From positions 6,014,001-6,078,000 of the forward strand of contig NC_043024.1 in NCBI RefSeq assembly GCF_006345805.1: a stretch of 64,000 nt of DNA. The letters are read 5' to 3'. Of the stretch, positions 26,889 to 40,629 are shown one piece after another. A program made the translations under genes and the position numbers. The notes beneath the pieces were generated by a model, which saw only the letters and a list, made by a program, of their open reading frames with translations, was not told the DNA's origin and did no database searches. The DNA is from Octopus sinensis. Lineage: Eukaryota. Position 1 is the first letter of the stretch. The number at the start of each line of letters is the position of its first letter.

Positions 26889-27559
26889 GACAGAGTAAGA
26901 GACAGAGAGATAGGCAGAGACAAATGTAAACACATTCTAGCGTAATTAAGATTAAAAGATAGCGAGATGAAAGGGGGAGAGAGTGAGAAAGAGAACAGAT
27001 AGATAGACAGACAGATAGATAGATAGATAGATAGATAGAGAGGGGGGGGAATGTAATTATACGAAGAGAAAGCGATTTCGTGTATGAATGAATGAATAGA
27101 GAGACAGAGACAGACATCCACATACACACACACGTCTTTCAGCACCTTCGTTTACTGGATTGAGATCACGCACTTCGCCCTGGACTACATATTTCCACGT
27201 ATGCACGTATGTGTGCATGTATGTGTATATATGCATGTATGTATATATTTACGTGTGTGTGTGTGTGTTAATACAAACATCTGTTGTATATTCGTTATAC
27301 TTACCATTCATTGTTTCCCTGAGACTTTAAACGTACAAATAGTCAAATGAATAGCCAAATAGCCAAATAGCCAAAGTGTCAAATAATCAAATAGATGATG
27401 GACATGTCTTGATGATGATGATGATGTTGACGATGATAATGATGATGATGATGAGGCGGAAGCGGATGACGATAACAAGGATTTAGATCTTGTTATTGTT
27501 ATCGTAGTTATTCCATCCAGCAGATTCGTGTACAAAGACACTCCACACGTGACTATCCT

Positions 27560-28240
27560 GTCAATAATACCATCCTAAAGTTCCTCCTTTAAAACGGGAG
27601 GACGACGTTGTTGTTGTTGTGTGATCCGAGAGATATGTAGCTGCTATTTCTAGCGTTCACTGGTTCTCTCAGTGGTTCGTTGCTGTTGTCGTTGTTGTTG
27701 TATCCATGTCACAGACATAAACAAGCAGACATACATTGAGAAGCGTTCCGGCCGCGACCATCCTGTAGTTTTATCAGACATAGTGTAAATCTAAGACAGC
27801 AATATCTAATCAATGTGTCCTTCTTTTATTCTGACCGTATGTGTAATTCCAGAGAGATTTGGCTGCTATTTCTAGCGTGCACACGTTTCTTTACTGGTTC
27901 GGTAGTATCGTTGTTGTTTTTGTTGTTATTGTTCAGTCCAGGTCATATATTCGTCGAAAGGCTTTCTAACCATGACCACCCTCTCATTTAATGGTATAGA
28001 TCGATTTAACCAACGTGTCCTTCCGTTTCCTTCGTACCGAATGTGTAATTCGACAGAGATTTGGCTTCTGTTTCTAGCCCCTTCGCTGGCACGTCGTCTC
28101 GTTCTTGTTGTTGTTTAGCCCCCGGCTCAAGACTGATCCAGCTGACCTATGGTCAAAGACATTCCACTCGTGATCCTCCCGCCTTTTTCCCTTTCTTCCT
28201 TCAGACGTAACATATATCTAGGACTACGCTAGCAAATGTT
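27560..28240 (+). repeat. Degenerate tandem array of a dispersed repeat (about 200-230 bp units)
   Basis: Motif gagatttggctgctatttctagc recurs near 27630, 27855, 28057; related sequence near 11700-12040. Confidence 0.55.
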
Positions 28241-28540
28241 GTTACTCTCTCTCTCTCTCTCCCTCCTTATGATAGTAGGTTGAGTGTGATTTGAGTGAGA
28301 CTCAACTGCTACTTCTAGGAGGAGGAGTGACCAGTTATGAGGCTCCTCCACCCCCGTTGAATCTTGACGACGACGACGACGATGATGATGATGGTGATAG
28401 TGGCGGTGGTGGTTATTATGATGATGATGGTGTGGTGGATGATGATGATGATGATGATGGAAACAAAGGTTGAACTGTAAACAAAGTCAGTTATTTTGGG
28501 CAAAGTCACAGCCAATGCAACAGAAGAAAGAGAGAGCGAG

Positions 28541-28581
<41 letters not shown>

Positions 28582-29092
28582 GGACCGAGGAAAAAAGACA
28601 TACAAAGAGAGAGAGAGAGAGCGAGAGAGAGAGAAGAGAGAGCGTGCGAGAAGAGAGGAGAGAGAGAGGGAAACGAGGAAAAGACATACAAAGAGCGAGA
28701 GAGAGAGAGAGGGAGAAATATGGAAAAGAAAGCTAAAGTCAATTCCAGATAAGTTGCAGTTTATGCACACACAGACACACACACACACACACACACACAC
28801 ATAATATGTCTGTATGTATGTGTGCACATATATTATGCATGTGTATGTATATATATATATATATATATATACATACACACATACATATATATATATACAT
28901 ATATACACGCATATATATATACAATGGGCTTCTTTCAGTTTTTGTCTACCAAATCCACTCACAAGGCTTTTGTCAGCCTGAGGCTCTAATAGAAGACACT
29001 TGCCCAAGGTGCCATGCAGTGGGATTGAACCTGGAACCATGTAACCATGTGGTTGGTAAGCAAGCTACGTACCACACAGCCACTCCTCTACC

Positions 29093-29127
<35 letters not shown>

Positions 29128-30283
29128 GTAGGTAGGTAGGTATGTATGTATATGTATGTCGACTGATACTAAAGCACAAAGTAAAAAGAAGGCATGAACG
29201 AAAAAAAGATTTACACACATACATACATACATATATACATACATACATGCAGATAGACAGACCGAGACTGTCTCAAGAAAACCAGCCACACCTTAGTCTG
29301 CAATTATCTATGTTGTTATCTATTTCTGTCTTCTGTCTGTTTGTCTCTCTCTCTCTCCCCTCTCTCTCTATCACTATCTCTTTATCTCTTTTTTTTTTTT
29401 CTCTTTAAGAAAACCTACACAATGCACAAACATAGCTTTTGTATTCTCCTGCATATGCTTGCTTGTTTATTACTATACATTTCAACTTCTAAATATATAT
29501 ATATATGCATATATATATACATATACATACCTACATATATATGTATATATACATGCAGATATGGGTACAGAATATCAAACAGATGTGAATGAAATAAAAA
29601 ATGAGAACATAAAAAAACAAAAACATGGAAAACGAACGTGTTTTCGAACAAAGAAAGAAACAAATAGAAATGAGACAGACAACATAAAGAACAATCCCTT
29701 CATCAGTTGTCCCCTGTTTTATCTACTCCGCGTTTTGAACGTTGGGACAAGATGTGACTTCGTTAAAACAGTCCTTCCCGCAAAGCAAATTAAATAAAAT
29801 TTGGGATTTGCAGAGGGTTAAAGCAGTAACAAAAACAGGACAGTAAGAGCAAAACAGTAAAAACAAATGGTAAGGGCTGTTAAGCCATCACGAGGTGAAG
29901 TGGTGAATGTTGGAGAAATGAGCTTTGACAGGAGACAGGCAAAAGTGTGTTTTATCTCTTGTAAAGCAAGTGGAAAAAAAGAAAGATAGCTGCTGGTCAC
30001 GTGTGAGCAATGAGAGTGTCAAGGAGGAAGAGTGAGGGAGAGAGAAGGAAAGAAAGAGAATGGTGAATGGGGGAGGAGAAGAGAAACAGAAAAGAATAAT
30101 AATAATAGAGGGAGAATAGAGATAGTTGTAGAGTGTGCATCAGAATTATTAAGATAAAACTTACTTGGAAATGGATGTGTATATATACATGCATATATGG
30201 GTATAGGATGTCAAAAAAATGTGAACAAAATGAAAAATGAGAACAGACATATATATATATATATATATTTATTTATATTACTC

Positions 30284-30670
30284 TTTTACTCTTTTACTTG
30301 TTTCAGTCATTTGACTGTGGCCATGCTGGAGTACCGCCTTTAGTCGAGCAAATCGACTCCAGGACTTATTCTTTGTAAGCCTAGTACTTAGTCTATCGGT
30401 CTTTTTTGCTGAACCGCTAAGTTATGGGGACGCAAACAAACCAGCATCAGTTGTCAAGCAATGTTGGGGGGGACAAACACAGACATACAAACACACATAC
30501 ATATATACAACGGGCTTCTTTCAGTTTCCGTCTACCAAATCCACTCACAAGGCTTTGCTTGGCCCGAGGCTATAGTAGAAAATGCTTGCCCAAGGTGTCA
30601 TGCAGTGGGACTGAACCCGGAACCATGTGGTTGGTAAGCAAGCTACTTACCACACAGCCACTCCTACACC
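30284..30670 (-). mobile_element. SINE family B copy
   Basis: Reverse homologue of 1556-1972. Confidence 0.85.
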
Positions 30671-32477
30671 TATATATATATATATATATAAAGTAACAAA
30701 CTGAGGAAAAGAAATCCTTTAAAGGGGTGTGCTAAACATCCAATTCACTCATACGTCAGTTGGATACCACATAAATATTCATATAATTCAATAATAAAGC
30801 TAAATTATATATAGAGATATTCTATTGACAATCCAATAATTTATTTATACTACAATATTACATTAAATACTATGAATATAATATAAAAAATAAAAATAAC
30901 ATAATATTATATAAATAATTATAAAAATAATTATAAATAATTATAAATTGTTTCGGCTTATATAACTGTGTTTTCTGATATACATAATCACAGTTCCACT
31001 TCAGGGTAAATCAGTTCAGGAAGCCTTGTAATGCACTCTTTAAAAGTCTCTATGCTTCTTGCTGTTGGCTACCACATGTTAATTCTATCTCCTGGGATAA
31101 TCTAATACCATGGACACACATGTGGAACTCCTTTTCGCTTAGGATACATAAACTAAAGTCTATGAATTTCCATCCTCGTATTATTATTGATTGTTATTGT
31201 AGTGTATATATGAGGGTGAGTCAAAAAGTAATGCCATTTTGTTTAGGACAGGTATAATTAGCAATACAGGAACATGTATCATACATCAAAATGAAGCTGG
31301 TCCTCGGTGGATCACATCCCTACTTCTCAACATAGTCACCGTTTCTCTCAGATAGTCCAAATGGTGATCGTGCTTTAATTGACATACTAATAGACATATA
31401 CCCAAAGTCCAAGAGGTTACATACATATGTCTGTGTGTGTGTGTGTATATATGTGTGTGTGTGTGTATGAGTGAGTGTATATATGTATATGTATATATAT
31501 ATATATACATATATACACTCAGTCATACTCATGCACATATATAATGTGTATGTATATATATATGGCCTGCTCACTTAGCCAGTGGGGTGGCATCATTTAA
31601 AGGGTAAAACAATGCGAAACGCATTGTGACCAGTGATGTGTAGCAACATCTGATAGCCTGGTTGGTCACAGTGATATATATATATATTTTATTTTATTTG
31701 TTAGGGAATAGAAATTCTGGCATAACAGGGGTTCAAATTATTCTCAATGAGAAAATATATACATTTTTTTTTATTCAGAGAATTTTAATTTAATTTAATA
31801 CTTACTAATTATATCTTGGCTACACTTGTTTCTTGAGGTTCATTTTCCGGTTCCTTAAGCATGCAGTGTTTTGCAGGACCCTTTCTTAAAATGTACCCCA
31901 ATCATCAGTCCTCTAAATACCTTTATCATAGTTCGATACCAAATACTATATTTTAATTTTAAACATCTAAGTATGTGTGTGTGTGTAAATAGGTTCACCG
32001 GGACTTACTGTGCAAGCCATAATTTAATTCGAATAAAAATAACAAATAAAAATAAAAATAAAAAATATAAATAAAAAGTAAAAATTTGCAAAAAACTATG
32101 TTCACACATAACTTATGTCTATAAACATTCATATAAAATTAATAATATATAGGGATAAAAATAAAATAAAATAAAATAAAATAAAATAAAATATATACTT
32201 GTGATGATATAAAATGAAAGCAATGGCAAATAAATATTTTCGAATAAAAACTATAGTACGAATGACAAAATGCAAAAAGAAAATTTACAAATGATATGAA
32301 TGATAAAAATTATAAAATTACAAAGTAAAAATAACTTAAGGGTAACGTAAAAGAATATGTACAAATTACCGTTGACTACATTGTGTAGCCGAGATATGAG
32401 TAGTAAGTATTAAATTAAATGAAAAATTCTTTTATATGGTGGGGTGAAGGGGACTACTATCTCTAAATAACATATAT

Positions 32478-35400
32478 ATCATCATCATCATCATCATCAT
32501 CATCATTTAGCGTCCGTTTTCCATGCTAGCATGGGTTGGACGGTTCAACTGGGGTCTGGGGAGCCCGAAGGCTGCACCAGGCCAGTCAGATCTGGCAGTG
32601 TTTCTACAGCTGGATGCCCTTCCTAACGCCAACCACTCCGAGAGTGTAGTGGGTGATTTTATGTGCCACCGACACAGGTGCCAGACGAGGCTGGCGAACG
32701 GCCACGCTCGGATGGTGTTTTTATGTGCCACCGACACAGGTGCCAGACGAGGCTGGCAGACGGCCACGCTCGGATGGTGTTTTTTTGTGCCACCGACACA
32801 GGTGCCAGATGAGGCTGGCGGACGGCCACGATCGGATGGTGTTTGTTACGTCCCCAAAGCACGGAGGCCAGTCTATGCGGTACTGGCTACGGCCACGTTC
32901 GGATGATTTTCTTGTGTGCCACCGGCACTGGTACCACAAAGATACAAATTCCATTTATGTTCATCTATTTTGATTTGTTTTGATTTGATTTGATTTGATT
33001 TGATTTGATTTTCACTTGCCTCAACAGGTCTTCACAAGTGTCACAAAGGGAAGGTATGCATAGGTGGACTGTCTACGTCGCCGGGTCTTCGGATGGTGTC
33101 TTTATGTGCCACCGACACAGGTGCCAGATGTGCTGGCGAACGGCCACGATCGGATGGTTTTCTTGTGTGCCACCGGTACTGGAACCACAAAGATACAAAT
33201 TCCATTGATGTTCATCTATTTTGATTTGGTTTGATTTTCACTTGCCTCAACAGGTCTTCACAAGTGTCACGCGTGTCACACACTTGCCTCAACAGGTCTC
33301 CACAAGTGTCACACACTTGCCTCTGCCTCAACAGGTCTTCACAAGTGTCACACACTTGCCTCTGCCTCAACAGGTCTTCACAAGTGTCATAAGAGGAAGG
33401 TAAGCACAGGTGGACTGACTACGTCGCCGGGTCTTGGGATGGTGGTGGTGTTTTTATGTGCCACCGACACAGGTGCCAGGTGAGGCTGGCGAACGGCCAC
33501 GATCAGATGGGTTTGTTGTGCCCACAGCACGGAGGCCAGTCGACGGCCACGTTCGGATGGTTTTCTTGTGTGCCACCGGTACTGGAACCACAAAGATACA
33601 AATTCCATTGATATTCATCTATTTTGATTTGGTTTGATTTTCACTTGCCTCAACAGGTCTTCACAAGGGTCACACACTTGCCTCAACAGGTCTCCACAAG
33701 TGTCACACACTTGCCTCTGCCTCAACAGGTCTTCACAAGTGTCACACACTTGCCTCAACAGGTCTTCACAAGTGTCATAAGAGGGAAGGTATGCACAGGT
33801 GGACTGACTACGTCGCCGGGTCTTCGGATGGTGTCTTTATGTGCCCACCAGGCACAGGTGGCCAGATGAGGCGAACGGCCACGATCGGATGGTGTGTGTG
33901 GCGTAGCTGCAGGCACGGAGGCCAGGCGATGCGGTACTGGTTACGGCCACGTTTGGGTGGTTTTCTTGTGTGCCACCGGCACTGGTACCACGAAGAATAC
34001 AATTCCACTGATGTTCATCTATTTTGATTTGTTTTGATTTGATTTGATTTTCACTTTGCCATCAACAGGTCTTCATAAGTGTCACAAGAAGGAAGGTATG
34101 CACAGGACTGACTACGTCCCCGGTCGGGGCCACGGGTTATGGCCTGACTAGTCTTGCCGGGTCTTCTCATGCACAGCATACTTCCATAGGTCTCGGTCTC
34201 TAGACTTTCCTTAGTGAGACCTAAAGTTCGAAGGTCGTGCTTCACCACCTCGTCCCAGGTTTTCCTGGGTCTACCTCTTCCACAGGTTCCCCCCACTGCT
34301 AGGGTGTAGCACTTTTGCACACAACTATCTTCAGCCTTTCTTGTCACATGACCATACCAGCGCAGCCGTCTCTCTTGCACGCCACAACTGACGCTTCTTA
34401 GGTTCAACTTTTCTCTCAAGGAACTTACACTCTGACGATTATGAACACTGACATTACACATCCATCGGAGCATACTGGCTTCATTTCTTGCGAGCTTACG
34501 CATATCCTCAGCAGTCACGGCCCATGTTTCACTACCATGTAGCATGGCTGTACGTACACATGCATCATACAGTCTGCCTTTTACTCTGAGCGAGAGGCCT
34601 TTTGTCACCAGCAGGGGTAAGAGCTCTCTAAACTTTGCCCAGGCTATTCTTACTCTAGCAGTTACAACACTTTCAGCACACCCACCCCCGCTACTGACTT
34701 GGTCTCCTAGGTAGCGGAAGCTATCAACTACTTCTAGTTTGTCTCCCTGGAACGTGGCAGAAGTTGGTCTCCTGCATATTTCCAGTTTTTATTGCTCCTG
34801 AGCATTTGCACAGACAAAACTATTTTCCTAGTTAGCCTTCCTTTGACATTGCTGCACCTCTTATGTGTCCATAGCTTACACTTGGTGCATCTTATAGAGT
34901 TTCTACCTACACCTTTTTTACAGATCGAGCAGGGCCATCTACCTGAAGGCGTTTGTGATTGATCTACCTTCCTACTTATTAGAACTTTGGTTTTGGCTAG
35001 GTTGATTCTAAGGCCCTTCGATTCTAATCCTTGTTTCCCACACTGAAACTTCTCCTCCAGTTCTGATAGTGACTCAGCAATTAGAGCAAGGTCATCAGCA
35101 TAGAGGAGCTCCCAGGGGCAACCTGTCTTGAATTCCTCCGTTATTGCCTGGAGGACTATGATAAATAGGAGGGGACTGAGGACTGAACCTTGGTGGACCC
35201 CAACCTCTACCCGGATTCTTCACTGTACTCGTTGCCAACCTCACCTTGCTAGCAGCGTCTCTGTACATGGCTTGAACAGCTCTCACCAACCATTCTTCTA
35301 TCCCTAGTTTCCTCATTGACCACCAGATAAGGGACCGGGGGACCCTGTCAAAGGCTTTCTCCAAGTCAACAAAAGCCAGGTACAAGGGCTTATCTTTGGC

Positions 35401-35490
35401 TAGGTATTTCTCCTGCAGCTGTCTTACCAGGAATATAGCATCAGTAGTACTTTTCCCTGGCACGAACCCAAACTGCATATCATCTAAGGT
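32478..35490 (-). mobile_element. 5'-truncated RTE-clade LINE: RT and C-terminal region plus tandemly amplified 3' region and (GAT)n tail
   Basis: QFGFVPGKSTTDAIF, AFVDLEKAFDRVP, GVHQGSVLSP, LLYADD and RRLRWYGHV motifs over 34051-35487 with frameshifts. Confidence 0.92.
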
Positions 35491-35937
35491 AATATATATA
35501 TATACACTCACTCATACACATATATATATGTGTATGTATGTGTGTGTGTATATATATATGTGTGTGTGTATATATATATGTGTGTGTACATATATACACT
35601 CACTCATACTCATACACATATATGTGTATGTATGTATGTGTGTATATATATATATATATAAATAAGACTATTCTATTGTAATTTGCAATGTGTGTGAATG
35701 ACATAGATTTTTGAAATAATAAGAACCTTTCAGCAGTACAGTTGAGAAAGTAGTTAAAAAATGTAAGTCAATGTTAATGAATGAAACATAGAGAAAACAT
35801 AGTATTACTTCATATAGGTTGTTTAATGATTCTATAATATTTCGGGTAAGATTTCACTTTTCAAATATAATAAAGAAAATAACCAAAAAACTCAGAGAAA
35901 TGTTTTGCAATTGGCAGGCCACCAAGTAACAGCACAT

Positions 35938-36375
35938 GATGAGGGTGGTTTAAAAAAATCAAAGGCTGACTATGAAGGAGTGAAATCTTGCAGGCATTAA
36001 ATTCAACACTTCTTATTAATAACTGTATTGTTTCTATCTAAGTAAACTGACGTCTGATTGCTCAAAGGAAACTTCAGATGCAACTAGTAGCGACTTCTCT
36101 TGAAAATTGACAAAATTTGGCATCGTGCTCTTATCAAGTTTTTGCAGAAAAAGGTTTTAACCCTCAAGGGCATTCATGCTGACATGCTTGCTGTATGAGG
36201 GGACAATGGTCCAGCTTTATTAACAGTGTAACAGTAGGCAGCTGGATTTAGGAGAGGAAGGGTGAGTCTTGAAGAAAACCCAAGGTGTGAATGCCCAGCA
36301 ACTGCTACCACAAAGGAAAACATTGCTCGTGTTCACCTCATGCTGATGGATGACAGGCGACTGACTATAAATCTA
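35938..36375 (+). pseudogene. Mariner transposase N-terminal remnant
   Basis: [50 protein letters not shown] with stops; TIR-like gagggtggtttaaaaaa at start. Confidence 0.75.
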
Positions 36376-36457
36376 TATATGTATTTATGTATAAGTGTGC
36401 GTGTATATTTATGTATATATATGTGTGTGTGTATATGTATATATATATATATATGTG

Positions 36458-36501
<44 letters not shown>

Positions 36502-36667
36502 CAAAATTTAGATTCAGATGAATATGGTACTTAAGTTAGAGGCACCAGACTTTTGTATGATATTATCCATATAAATCAAATGGGGTGATTATAATCAAAA
36601 TAAGCAACAAGAATATCTGAGGTAGAGTAACATCTCTCTATCTCTCTCTTCATATATATATATATTT

Positions 36668-36816
36668 AATCAAAATAAGCAACAAGTATATCTGAGGTAA
36701 TGTGGTACAATCGTTTCATGCTACTTCATTTTATTAAACAATGTAAGTATTACATCAGTTTTAAAATGTCGAGCATCTACTGATGTAATACTTACAGTGT
36801 TTAATAAAATGAAGTC
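36668..36816. repeat. Palindromic element related to 61803-62264, right arm truncated by a SINE
   Basis: Shared terminus taatcaaaataagcaaca; inner inverted repeat 36722-36816. Confidence 0.6.
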
Positions 36817-37091
36817 AGCCCGAGACTATAGTAAAACATACTTGCCCAAGGTGCTATGCAGTGAGACTGAACCCAGAACTGTGTGGTTTGGAAGCAAGCT
36901 TCTTACCACACATCCACAGGGATTACCCCAAAATGATTACCAGTTCACTCTGAGTTAGGAATTAAAAATAGATTATTCATCAGTTAACATATGAATCCAG
37001 TAAAGTTTTTATTATTAATGTTGTTGATATATCTATGCATATATATATATGAGTGGATTTGGTGAACAGAAACTGAAAGAAGCCCACCATA

Positions 37092-37128
<37 letters not shown>

Positions 37129-38286
37129 TTGTCCCCTTCCCCCATCGCTTGACAACCGATGTTGGTGTGTTTGCATCCCTGTAACTTAGTGGTTCGGCAC
37201 TAAGCTTACAAAGAATAAGTCCTGTGGTTGATTTGTTCAACTAAAGCCAGTGCTCCAGCATGACCACCGTCAAATAACTGAAACAAGTAAAAGAATAAAA
37301 GAAAGAACAAAACAATATCATCATCATCGTTTAACGTCTGCTTTCCATGCTAGCATGGGTTGGACAGTTTGACTGAGGACTGTTGAACCAGATGGCTGCA
37401 CCAGGCTCCAATCTTGATCTGGCAAAGTTTCTACAGCTGAATGCCTTTCCTAATGCCAACCACTGCCTTGAAGAATTTTTAGTTGAATGAGGCGACTCCA
37501 GTACATATTTATTTTTAAGCCTAGTACTTATTCTACCGGTCTCTTTTGCCAAACTGCTTAGTTACAGGGACATAAGCACACCATCACCGGTTGTCAAGTG
37601 TCACAAAGACACACATCATCATCACAATCATCATCCTCATCTTCATTTAATGTCCATTTTCCATGCTGGCATGGTTGGACAGCTTGATAGGAGCCGGTCA
37701 GCTAAAGAGCTGCCTGGGTTCCATGTCTATTTTGGCTTGGTTTCTATAGCTGGATGCCAACCACATTAGAGTGCACTGGGTCCTTTTTATGTGGTACCAG
37801 CACCTACATAGGACAGGCTTCTTTCAGTTTCCATCAACCAAATCCCACTCACATGCTTTTGTTTGGTCCAATGCTATAGGAGAAGACACTTGTTCAAAGT
37901 GCTGTGCAGTGGGACTGAACCCAGAACCATGTGGTTGGGAAGCAAGCTTCTTAGCACACAGTCACATGTGTTTTTTTTCTTTTACTTGTTTCAGTCATTT
38001 GACTGTGGCCATCCTGGAGCACCAGCTTAAGTCAAACACATCGACCCCAGGACTTATTCTTTGCGAGCCTAGTACTTATTCTATTGGACACTTTTGCTGA
38101 ACTGCTAAGTGACAGGGATGTAAACACACCAACATCAGTTGTCAAGCGATGGTGTTGGGGGGACAAATACAGACACAGATATATATACATACATACACAT
38201 GCATACATACATATACACACACACACACATATATATTCACACATATATATATGTATGTATGTGTATATATATATATATATATATTA

Positions 38287-38407
<121 letters not shown>

Positions 38408-38674
38408 TAATATATATATATATATGATATATATATTATATATATAGTCACAACGAGGATATTCCAACTTCTTATAGGGATATTTATCCAAGATACACTG
38501 GCTTAATATATGAAATTTTGAAAAGATAATTCTTCAATGAATATATCATATAGAATATCATAAGTTATCAAACAGTTTTATCAAGTTAGAAAACAGAGAG
38601 ATCTAATGGATACAAATTAATTAATAAATTAAGTTGTATCCATTAGGTCTCTCTCTGTTTTCTAACTTGATATA

Positions 38675-38706
<32 letters not shown>

Positions 38707-39379
38707 CATATATATATACACACATATATATATGTATATATATGACGGGGTTCCCGTCAACCAAATCCACTAACAAAGTTTTGGTCAACTTGAGGCAATA
38801 GTCGAAAACACTTGCCCAAGTTGCCACACAGTGGGACTGAACCTGGAACAATGTGGTTGAGAAGCAAGCTTCGTGCCACATAGCAACGCCTACACCTATA
38901 TACTGTTTCAGTCATTTGACTGTGGCCATGCTGGAGCACCGCCTTTAGTTGAGCAAATCGACCCCTGGACTTATTCTTTGTAAGCTTAGTACTTATTCTA
39001 TCGGTCACTATTTGCCGAACCGCTAAGTCACGGGGACGTAAACACACCAGCATCGGTTGTCAAGCGATGTTTGGGGGTTAAACACAGACATACAAACACA
39101 CACATATATACATATATACGACGGGCTTCTTTCAGTTTCCGTCTACCAGATCCCACTCACAAGGCTTTGGTCGGTCCAAAGCCATAGTAGAGAACACTTG
39201 CCATAGGTGCCACTCAGTGGGACTGAACCCAGAACCATGTGGTCAGTAAGCAAGCTACTTACCACAGCCACATAGTGCATATGAGCACAGTATACAATAA
39301 ATTCGTTTTATATATATATGCGTGTGTTTGTGTATACACATATATACACACACACAAACATGTAAGGTAGATATACCTA

Positions 39380-40163
39380 CATGGTTCTCGTTCACCCGTA
39401 TATATTAGAAGCAATTCGATTACATAACCTTCCAATACATGAACTACCAGCTCGAAGAATGATTCCAAGAAAATTAATTATTTCATTGTTTTCGGAAGTT
39501 CTCCAAATCTTATCTCGAATACCTTTAATTAAATTCTCGCCCTACCTACCACTGACTTATTTCCCTTTGCACATCTGCTTTTCTTCTTGCAATTTATTCA
39601 GCGAATCTTCTGCTTCATCTTATTTTAATCCATCAATCCATCGCCAAACCGCGCCGAACCGACAAAGGTGTCGTCACACCTTGCCGCTGCGAGAAACAAC
39701 AGCTAACACATCCCTGAAATCTCATATATAAGATAAACATCTTAGAATTTAAAAAGAAGAATACATTGGATGAAGTAATCTTAGATTCACTGCGTCAAGA
39801 AAATAAAAAAAAAGCGAGGGAAAAGAAAACGAAAGAAAAAATAAGGTGTGATCCCGGTTGGTGCATCTTTCGTCATAGAACGGCATCAACGAGACCTGAC
39901 CTAGGGTTAAAAACCAACCGACCACTTGGCAATTACGACGTAGACCCCCACGTGGTCGCGCGAGTAACTAGAAATAGCAGTCAAATCTCGCACTTCACCG
40001 TCGGCCCTGAGAAGGAGGGAAGTACTTCTTGGGTTACGAAATTGAACACTGATTAACGAGTATTTACAGATTATCTTTATTGTTATTATTATTGCTGTTT
40101 TTATTCCTCTGTTAATCGGATTACGGCCATAAGATCGTCAGCTCTCTTTCACACCCCGGCAAG
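39380..40163. promoter_or_regulatory. Putative promoter/5' region of the NDPK gene
   Basis: About 780 bp of repeat-free, relatively CpG-rich sequence directly upstream of the ATG. Confidence 0.45.
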
Positions 40164-40340
40164 ATGTTATCTACGTTGTTATCAGTGTTCGCTAATATGT
40201 TCTCAGTGATTGGGGGTCAGGTACCCGAGAGGAGTTTTGTTGCTGTCAAACCCGACGGAGTACAAAGAGCCCTTTGCGGCCCAATTCTTCAGCGATTCGA
40301 AAAGAAAGGATTCAAATTAGTAGCCTGTAAATTTATCTAC
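40164..40340 (+). CDS. Nucleoside diphosphate kinase (NME3-like), coding exon 1, aa 1-59
   Basis: [37 protein letters not shown]; donor TAC|GTAAGT, phase 0. Confidence 0.95.
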
Positions 40341-40588
40341 GTAAGTAAGATGCTCGAGTCATTTAATTTAATTTAATTTATTATTATTTCTGTTGTTGTT
40401 GTTGGTATTGTTATTAATTGTTGAGATTGATAAGTTTCTTTTTCCATGTCCCACTGGGAGATGTTCTAAAAGCCGGTTTCTTCTTTTCACTCAAGGACAA
40501 AGCTTTATATACATCACTCCATCTTTTCCCTAACTTATGGACTTTTAGACGACTTATGCGCCTATATATATATGTGTGTGTGTATGAG

Positions 40589-40599
<11 letters not shown>

Positions 40600-40629
<30 letters not shown>

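Noticed and set aside
38580-38671. 36-bp inverted repeat
   Set aside because: Short AT-rich palindrome with no further structure
39381-39731. 116-aa + ORF upstream of NDPK
   Set aside because: No recognisable homology; more likely promoter or UTR sequence
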